A program made the position numbers and the translations under genes. This document shows positions 57,720 through 64,000 of a stretch of 64,000 nt of DNA, piece by piece. The first letter of the stretch is position 1. Every line of letters begins with the position of its first letter. Source of the DNA: Longimicrobiales bacterium (GTDB lineage: Bacteria > Gemmatimonadota > Gemmatimonadetes > Longimicrobiales > Gaopeijiaceae); assembly GCA_965238005.1 (NCBI GenBank), contig OZ250165.1:1888001-1952000 (forward strand), in the 5' to 3' direction. A model generated the notes under the pieces. The model worked only from the letters and a program-made list of their open reading frames with translations, did no database searches and had not been told where the DNA came from.

Positions 57720-59041
57720 TGAACGGCATCGGGAGACGAGTCTTCGTCAAACAGGGCGCTCTGGCCCTCCTGGCTCTTGGGCTACCGCCCGACTTCCTGC
57801 TCCAGCCGTTGGTCGCTGGCACACTGGGCCTGGACCGCAAGAAGACGCTCATCTGCATCTTCCAGCGAGGGGCCGTAGACGGGCTGTCCATGGTGGTCCC
57901 CTTCGGAGAGCCCGGGTACTACGACTCCCGCCGCAGCATCGCGATCCAGGCTCCCGGATCGCGGGAGGGGAGCGCTCTCGATCTGGACGGCTTCTTCGGG
58001 CTGCACCCGGCCCTGAAGCCCCTCGAGGAGCTCTACGGCCGTAGCGAGATGGCCGTCGTCCACGCCGTGGGATCACCCCACCCGACCCGTTCCCACTTCG
58101 ACGCCCAGGACTTCATGGAGACCGGGACGCCCGGCGTGAAGTCCACGAGCGACGGCTGGCTCAATCGTGTGCTGCAGGACACCGCGTGCGCCCAGTGCGA
58201 AGGCCGCACCCTCCAGAACCCCGCAGCCCACGCGGCGGACCACGCCGCCGGCCAGGTGGCCATGGCCACGGTCCCGTCCCTGAGGGGAGTCTCGCTGACC
58301 AGTGCCCTGCCCCGGGCGCTGCGGGGCGGTCATCCGGCCCTCGCCATTTCGAACCTGAGCGACTTCGGAGTGCGCCGTGACGATCAGGTGGGATCGGCCT
58401 TCCGGCGCCTCTATCGCACCGAGGGAGGAGACGCCGTCTCGGCCGCGGCCGAGGAGGCGTTCGAGGCGGTTCGCGTCTTGGAGACCATCGATCCCGGTCG
58501 CTACGAGCCGTCGGGTGGAGCCGAGTACCCGAACAGAGACTTCGGCCGGTCTCTCCGGCAGATCGCCCAGCTCGTGAAGGCCGACGTGGGCGTGGAGATC
58601 GCCTTCGCGGACCTCGGTGGATGGGATACGCACGTACGGCAGGGCGGCGTGCAGGGGCAGCTGGCCGGCCGCCTCGTGCAGCTGAGCCAGGGAATCCGGG
58701 CTCTGTACGACGACCTGGGCGATCGCATGGAGGACGTCGTGATCCTGACCATGTCCGAGTTCGGACGCACCGTGGCGGAGAACGGCTCGGGCGGGACGGA
58801 TCACGGGCACGCTAACTGCATTCTGGCTCTCGGCGGATCCGTGAAAGGCGGTCGCATCCTAGGTGACTGGCCGGGTCTCGAGCGCGAGCAGCTCTACGAA
58901 GGTCGTGACCTGGCCGTCACCACGGACTTCCGGGACGTGTTCGCAGAAGTGGTCTCGGGTCACCTGGGTGCCGAGCACCTGGATCGGATCTTCCCCGGGT
59001 ACGGCGGTGATCCCGCACGCTACCGCGGGGTGCTGGGGTAG
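57719..59041 (+). CDS. DUF1501 family Tat-secreted protein
   Basis: RRVFVK Tat motif, RGAVDGL, RSHFDAQ, GGWDTH, SEFGRT..NGSGGTDHG, TTDFR. Confidence 0.92.
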   Translation: MNGIGRRVFVKQGALALLALGLPPDFLLQPLVAGTLGLDRKKTLICIFQRGAVDGLSMVVPFGEPGYYDSRRSIAIQAPGSREGSALDLDGFFGLHPALKPLEELYGRSEMAVVHAVGSPHPTRSHFDAQDFMETGTPGVKSTSDGWLNRVLQDTACAQCEGRTLQNPAAHAADHAAGQVAMATVPSLRGVSLTSALPRALRGGHPALAISNLSDFGVRRDDQVGSAFRRLYRTEGGDAVSAAAEEAFEAVRVLETIDPGRYEPSGGAEYPNRDFGRSLRQIAQLVKADVGVEIAFADLGGWDTHVRQGGVQGQLAGRLVQLSQGIRALYDDLGDRMEDVVILTMSEFGRTVAENGSGGTDHGHANCILALGGSVKGGRILGDWPGLEREQLYEGRDLAVTTDFRDVFAEVVSGHLGAEHLDRIFPGYGGDPARYRGVLG

Positions 59042-59121
59042 ACGCGTCTGGCGGTCCTACCGGGTCGAGCGCAGCTTATCCGGATGGAGGCGTCACATCC
59101 GGCCCAACAGGAGAGACCGCC

Positions 59122-59651
59122 ATGTCGTCGCGCCCATGGAGCGTCGCCCCCGTCACAGTTCTGGCCCTGTGCGCCCTCGCTGTCGGTCCCGCTCCCGCAT
59201 GGGGCCAGAGCTTGGAGCCGAGAGCCACAGAGCGTCCCTGGCCTCCTGTGGCGACCTTCTCGATCCTCGGCTACGACTCGGCCACCGGAGAGGTCGGCGT
59301 AGCGGTCCAATCGCGCGTCTTCTCGGTGGGCAACGGCGTGATCTGGGGAGAGGCTGGGGCAGGCGTCGTGGCGACGCAGGCCATCGTGGACGTGAGCTAC
59401 GGTCCCCAGGCCCTGGAGCTACTGAGACAGGGCCTCTCCCCCGCCCAAGTCGTGGAGCGCGTCCTCGAGAACGATCCCGACCCACGACCGGACCGCTGGA
59501 CCAAATGCTCATCGTCAAGGAGGACGGAGGCGTGTGGCTGAACAACGACGTGGTGCTCCGGCTCCACGTCGACGATCATGTCGAGCCGATCCAGGAGCTT
59601 CGGAGGCTCGTCGAGTTGGCGGCGGCCCGGCGGGAGCGGCGGCGGCGGTAG
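59122..59651 (+). pseudogene. DUF1028 (Ntn-hydrolase-like) gene with internal deletion and frameshift
   Basis: N-part TFSILGYD..TGEVGVAVQS...VATQA...PDRWTK is joined at ~59505 to a C-part in another frame, MLIVKEDGGVWLNNDVVLRLHVDDHVEPIQELRRL. The middle (GNIL...GGD.RG.QSA) is absent. Confidence 0.8.
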
Positions 59652-59751
59652 GCTGGGGGCTACCGCTCCTCGTCATCGTTCCGTGGATTGGCCGCGTCAA
59701 CCAGCCCCTCCCGGTGCGCCGCCATCACTACATACTCAGCCACCGGACTCC

Positions 59752-59806
59752 TCGTACGTATACTCACGATATAAAGATACGTACACCTCTCGAAGAGCAA
59801 CTCGGC
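59752..59806 (-). repeat. Dispersed GTATACGTAC element, copy C
   Basis: 52/55 identical to 33321-33375. Confidence 0.9.
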
Positions 59807-59808
59807 GG

Positions 59809-59996
59809 CTAGGGTCCCGCCTGCCTGGGCTGCGCCATCTCGCGGATCCGCTGGGAGGGGTCGTCCTTGTGCTCGGACAGAATGGCCACCGCCCTGGGCG
59901 TGGCAATCTGGTAGAGGCCCACCGCGGCCACCGCGCGTACCTCCTCGTCCCAGTGGTAGCCCAGGAACCCCAGCTTCTTCTTGGACAGGATTCCCC
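59809..59996 (-). pseudogene. C-terminal fragment of a HEAT-repeat protein
   Basis: WDEEVRAVAAVGLYQIATPRAVAILSEHKDDPSQRIREMA; no 5' part. Confidence 0.5.
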
Positions 59997-60295
59997 AGTT
60001 CGAGAACGAGCACGTACAGGTCTGGAAAAGCGTCATCGTTCCGAACCAACCGCTCACCATGCACAGGCACGACAACCCGCGGGCGATCATCGCCCTCAAG
60101 GGTGGCACCCTGCGAGTCGTCAACGAAGCCGGGGAATCTCATGATATTGCGTGGGAGACCGGGAGTGCCTACTGGCTGGACGCCGACCCACCCGGAGAGC
60201 TTCACGGCGACGTGAACGAAGGTCCCGAGCCGGTCGAGGTGATCGTCGTCCAGCTGAAGGGAGTCGGAGGCGAAAACACCACAGGCGGCCGTTGA
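59981..60295 (+). CDS. Cupin domain protein, probably 5'-truncated
   Basis: RIPQFENEHVQVWK...MHRHD...ALKGGTL...HGDVN...VEVIVVQLK; no RBS or signal peptide upstream. Confidence 0.7.
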   Translation: MDRIPQFENEHVQVWKSVIVPNQPLTMHRHDNPRAIIALKGGTLRVVNEAGESHDIAWETGSAYWLDADPPGELHGDVNEGPEPVEVIVVQLKGVGGENTTGGR

Positions 60296-60362
60296 TTGGA
60301 TCGAACCGCGGCGAGAGAATTGCGAGGTTGAAGGCGAACGTGGGGAGTGCTTCGGCTTCTTC

Positions 60363-60743
60363 TCAGAGCTTGTCGTGCTCCTCCGGAAGGACGTCCGATG
60401 GGGGTGGTCCTTTGGAGTCATCATCCGGCCTAGCACCGTCCTCGGTGCCGCCGGTGCCGGGCGGGTCGCCGTGGTAGATGTAACCGGAGGGCGCACCGTC
60501 GCCCATGAGCCGGCCCGCAAGGGGCGGCACGATACTCCATGCCATCGCCACGCTGAGAACCCAGCCGGTGGACGTCCATCCCCAGAACGGGAAGAGGGCG
60601 CCTCCGACCAGGAGGATCAGCGTGACCCATCCGAAGTGGATGAAGGTCGAGTCCCGGCCTTCGAGCCACTGGCTTACGCCGTTCAGTATGATCGCCCCGA
60701 CGAGCAGAACGACCAGCGCGCCAATCCAACTCAGAATCGCCAT
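60363..60743 (-). CDS. Hypothetical membrane protein
   Basis: Three hydrophobic segments and an acidic tail; RBS GGAGG before ATG 60743. Confidence 0.6.
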   Translation of the reverse strand: MAILSWIGALVVLLVGAIILNGVSQWLEGRDSTFIHFGWVTLILLVGGALFPFWGWTSTGWVLSVAMAWSIVPPLAGRLMGDGAPSGYIYHGDPPGTGGTEDGARPDDDSKGPPPSDVLPEEHDKL

Positions 60744-61000
60744 CTGACCCTCCCATCTTTGAGCCACCCGAGAGCCCTGGACGGATAGGAAATGCAACCG
60801 ACGTACCGGGGCGGAACGGTAGGTCGGGGCGTGGCAGACGACAACGCTATACGTCCTCGGGCTTTGCCCGAATCCGCACGGGTTCGCCTCCCGCCGCTTT
60901 GGTGTTTTACTAGGTGCATGTGTGTGCGGGGTGTGTGAGCCGGTCCCGGTCCGTGATATCAGATTCGGGATACTTCATACCCATGCATATTCGGGAAGCT

Positions 61001-61051
61001 TGGGGGTCGGCGGTGAGATTTGCTCCGGCGACCTCCTGCTCCCAAAGCAGG
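61001..61051 (-). other. Degenerate 3'-half of tRNA-Pro(UGG), probable att scar
   Basis: CCTGC-TTTGGGA-GCAGG-AGGTCGCCGG...CAAAT...CCGACC; no D-arm or 5' acceptor strand; marks the composition shift. Confidence 0.6.
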
Positions 61052-61155
61052 AATCGCGAACTGGGTTCTCGTGAAAATGGCTTGAACATTGGACTTCCCT
61101 TCTCCGAACTCGGGACCTTAACGCAGATATCGCACGCGATTTTCACGGAGTTGCG

Positions 61156-61260
61156 GGTATTGTCAACTTGAGCCCGGCTCCCGCAGATTTGGTGATGACA
61201 ACGACTGCAGCCAATTATAGTGGCTACCGGTTTCCTGCTGAGATCATCGGTCACAGCGCG
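61156..61260 (+). mobile_element. IS6-family left-end remnant
   Basis: TIR-like GGTATTGTCAACTTGAG followed by ATG 61195 MTTTAANYSGYRFPAEIIGHS (IS6 transposase N-terminal YxGYRFPxEII motif). Confidence 0.7.
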
Positions 61261-61400
61261 ACCACATTCTTTTCTTTGAAGTACTCTTTTCGTTTGAGGA
61301 GACCCCCAACGGCGAGAGCCCCTGAACCTTCGACGACTAGACGATGCTGCTCGAACAGAAAGCGGATAGAATCTTCGATCTCTGTTTCGGTGAACAAGCT
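61251..61400 (-). pseudogene. Threonine/serine dehydratase C-terminal fragment
   Basis: ETEIEDSIRFLFEQHRLVVEGSGALAVGGLL...KNVV. Confidence 0.65.
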
Positions 61401-61439
61401 GCCGAGTTGCGCAGCCTCTGAACAGGGGGACAAATCATC

Positions 61440-62573
61440 GTGAGTGGCACTGTGACGTTTGAGGAAGCGCCGCCGGCGGGCACAATCAACCTGGGCATCG
61501 GCCAGCCTTCAGCCGACCTGTTGCCTGTCGACCTGCTTCGCCAAGCCAGCGAGTCGTTTTTCAGTGAAGCACAGCCGTTCGAGCTGAACTACGGTGTCTT
61601 GCCAGGCGACGAGCGTTTTCTGGAATCGCTGGCGGGATATCTGAGCGAAGGATACGACGCCACCGTCAGTCCGGAGTCGCTGTTTGTTACCGCAGGCAAC
61701 TCGCAGGCGTTGGATTTCGTATCGACGGTGTTTAGCAAATCGGGCGACACCGTGTTTGTTGAGGAGCCGAGCTACTTTCTGGCCTTTCAGATCTTTCGCG
61801 ACCACGGATTGAATGTGGTTGGCGTCCCGATCGATGACAACGGCATGCAAATCGATGCGCTTGAGGCACTGCTGAATGAACACAACCCGGCTTTTGTATA
61901 CATCATCCCCAGCTACCACAATCCGGGCGGACACTGCATGAGCACCGAGCGCCGTGCTCGCCTGATCGAACTCAGCCAACAGCATGGCTTTCTGATCGTC
62001 GCAGACGAGGTTTATCAGCTTCTTTACTACTATGACGAGCCGCCACCAGCATTGGGCACGATGATCGAGAGCGACACTATTCTGTCGCTCGGCTCATTCT
62101 CGAAAATTCTCGCCCCGGGGATGCGCCTTGGCTGGATACAGACCGGCCCCGGGTTGCGCAAGCGCCTCCTCGATAACGGCTTCATCAACAGTGGCGGCAG
62201 CATCAATCACTATTCCTCGCATATCGTCCGACACGCAATTGATCTCGGCCTGCAACGGGCACATGTTAGAGAGCTTAAACGCACTTATCGCAATCGCGTC
62301 GAGGCAATGCAGGACTCGCTGCAATCACAGTTCGGCGATCTGGCCACCTGGAAGCGACCTGACGGCGGCTACTTTTTCTGGCTGCGCTTTGACGATGACG
62401 TCGACACTGCGCCCTTTCGCGACAGGGCAAGGGAACTTCAGACAGGGTTTCAGCCCGGGTCCGTTTTTTCCAGCGACGGCAGGCTCAGCAACTTCCTGCG
62501 CCTGTCTTTTGCACATTACGACGAAGATGATATCCGCGATGGTATCGCACGAATGCGGTCAATGTTCGACTGA
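61440..62573 (+). CDS. PLP-dependent class I/II aminotransferase
   Basis: INLGIGQP, TAGNSQALD, EEPSY, YHNPGG, ADEVY, SFSKILAPGMRLGW, LRLSF. Confidence 0.9.
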   Translation: MSGTVTFEEAPPAGTINLGIGQPSADLLPVDLLRQASESFFSEAQPFELNYGVLPGDERFLESLAGYLSEGYDATVSPESLFVTAGNSQALDFVSTVFSKSGDTVFVEEPSYFLAFQIFRDHGLNVVGVPIDDNGMQIDALEALLNEHNPAFVYIIPSYHNPGGHCMSTERRARLIELSQQHGFLIVADEVYQLLYYYDEPPPALGTMIESDTILSLGSFSKILAPGMRLGWIQTGPGLRKRLLDNGFINSGGSINHYSSHIVRHAIDLGLQRAHVRELKRTYRNRVEAMQDSLQSQFGDLATWKRPDGGYFFWLRFDDDVDTAPFRDRARELQTGFQPGSVFSSDGRLSNFLRLSFAHYDEDDIRDGIARMRSMFD

Positions 62574-62605
62574 GCTAAAGGCAGTTCCTATCCATAGGGA
62601 ACGAC

Positions 62606-62996
62606 ATGGATTTCACGGACAAGCGGGTTGTAGTTACGGGCAGCAGTCGGAGTAGCGGCTTTGCTATCGCAAAGGCCTTTCTCGACGCTGGCGCGCGTGT
62701 CGCTATCAACGGCAGAACAGAGCAATCCGTGAGCGCCGCCACCGAGAGACTGGGCGGTGGTGAGCGCCTGGTCGCGGCGCCCGGCGATATTGGAACCGTT
62801 CCCGGCTGCGAGTCAGTGGCAAAGACTGCAATCGACGCCCTCGGCGGCCTCGACATCCTGGTGAACAGCGCCGGTATCGGTGCTGGCAGACCCATAGAGG
62901 ATTGCGACGAGGCGATGTGGGACGCTCACGTCGACGTCAATCTGAAGGGCACATTCTTCTGTTGCCGTGCGGCGTTACCTGCATTGCGCAAGTCGG
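62606..62996 (+). pseudogene. SDR oxidoreductase, 5' half only
   Basis: VVVTGSSRSSG, LDILVNSAG, VNLKGTF...ALRKS, then unrelated sequence; no YxxxK. Confidence 0.8.
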
Positions 62997-63039
62997 CGCA
63001 ATCTGCCAGACGCGAGACAACGGCTGCCAGCATGTCGAT

Positions 63040-63135
63040 GAGTTATTTGCAAATGTTGTGGATCAGTGGATTTGATCAGGCAGCGTCTTCGCTAGCGATG
63101 AGGTGAACTCCGTCCACAAAGGCGACGCCCTGCAT
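63040..63135 (-). mobile_element. IS256-family right-end remnant
   Basis: Minus strand QGVAFVDGVHLIASEDAA* followed by ATCCACAACATTTGCAAATAACTC, resembling IS256-type transposase tails and terminal repeats. Confidence 0.55.
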
Positions 63136-63161
63136 TCTGTCCGTTGGTGGACTTCTAGATA

Positions 63162-63393
63162 TCAAACGCCAGTCCGAAGCTCAACAAGCCTCGCATACAG
63201 GCAGGCTTTATCGGCAGCCATCTCATGGGTGTAGAGGATTTTGGTGGGAGTCCCCGGTACGTCGCAATCGGTGAAACCGCCCATTCCCAGAGTGTATTGC
63301 TCACCCTCGATTGCGAGGATTTTGGTCTGAAGCGGTTCGGAGGCGATGGTCACCTTTTCTCCACACGGAGGGTCGTTCGGAGCGTCGGGAATT
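63162..63393 (-). pseudogene. C-terminal fragment of a surface protein (choice-of-anchor K-like), cut by the IS3
   Basis: PNDPPCGEKVTI...IEGEQYTLGMGGF...LYTHE...ACLYARLV. Confidence 0.45.
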
Positions 63394-64000
63394 TCATCGT
63401 CCCCCGGTTTCTCTGGACAGTAGATTGGCAAAGAGAGCGGGTCCAGAGAGAAAGGGACGTGATGGCCCAGAAGCCGAGGGAAAAGAAGGCGACCGAAGGT
63501 CGTGAGAAGGTACCCGAGCGGTGGAGCGCACAGCATAAGACGGAGGTGGTGCTGCGCCTGCTGCGGGGGGAGGATCTGGTGGAGGTCAGCCGCGAGGTGC
63601 AGGTCTCACCACCGGAGTTGGAGGAATGGCGGCGGGTGTTTCTGGAGACCGGTCAGCAGGGGCTGAGGCGCCGGGGCCGGGACCCTGGAGAACGAGAGCT
63701 GACCCGGACCCAGGCGAAGCTGGGAGAGTTGACGATGCGACTGGAGCTTGCGAGAGAGCTCCTGGAAAAAAGGGGGTACGGGGACGAGCTACGGACGCTC
63801 TTGAAGCGTGGACGCGAGTGAGTCCGGGGACCGGGCGGCCCTACCCTCTGACGATGATCTGCGAGGCCTGGCGGGTGGGGCGCTCGACGGTCTATGCGGC
63901 CCGGGATCGAGAAGAGAGCGAGGGGCCGGCAGAGCCGAAGAAACGAGGACCGAAGACGAAGCTGAGCGACGAGGAGTTGGTAGAGGAGATCCGACAGGTG
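63394..64000 (+). mobile_element. Second IS3-family element, left part (runs off window)
   Basis: End-like ...CCCCCGGTTTCTCTGGACAG, OrfA, A6G slippery run at 63766-72, OrfB start SPGTGRPYPLTMICEAWRVGRSTVY...KRGPKT. Confidence 0.85.
63462..63821 (+). CDS. IS3-family transposase OrfA
   Basis: RWSAQHKTEVVLRLLRGEDL..VSRE...EWRRVFL...KLGELTMRLEL. Confidence 0.88.
   Translation: MAQKPREKKATEGREKVPERWSAQHKTEVVLRLLRGEDLVEVSREVQVSPPELEEWRRVFLETGQQGLRRRGRDPGERELTRTQAKLGELTMRLELARELLEKRGYGDELRTLLKRGRE

Noticed and set aside
1..64000. Many long antisense or alternate-frame ORFs in the track (e.g. 6726-8294, 19504-20517, 30577-32022, 43860-45590)
   Set aside because: They shadow well-supported genes, are Arg/Pro/Gly-rich and lack motifs; expected in high-GC DNA.

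Overview
High-GC bacterial chromosomal window. Gene content and order resemble Gemmatimonadota (Longimicrobiales-like); this is an inference from gene families, not a search. The core genes are intact. They cover ADP-heptose and LPS/outer-membrane biogenesis (hldD, split hldA and hldC, lpxH, LptE-like, MlaEFD, a BamA/TamA-barrel protein, lspA), rph, rdgB, hemC, a ten-gene Mrp Na+/H+ antiporter operon, deoC with an ALDH16-type dehydrogenase, a coupled kinase-addB-addA-pncB-pncA operon, glnA and DUF1800/DUF1501. Mobile and accessory DNA comprises a partial IS1182, a complete IS3, a partial second IS3, IS6 and IS256 remnants, two MITE families, a decayed island at the 3' end of tRNA-Sec with a duplicated ~100-bp att-arm-like repeat, and a more A/T-rich mosaic after ~60.9 kb that starts at a tRNA-Pro fragment. 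The most striking unexplained pattern is about ten accessory genes collapsed by internal or end deletions, some at short microhomologies, beside intact core genes. Also notable: a three-copy orphan promoter/operator-like element, a long terminator-containing glnA leader, and two probable AUA start codons. I found no CRISPR array, prophage or recognisable defence system, and no clearly novel multi-gene system can be proven from the sequence alone.
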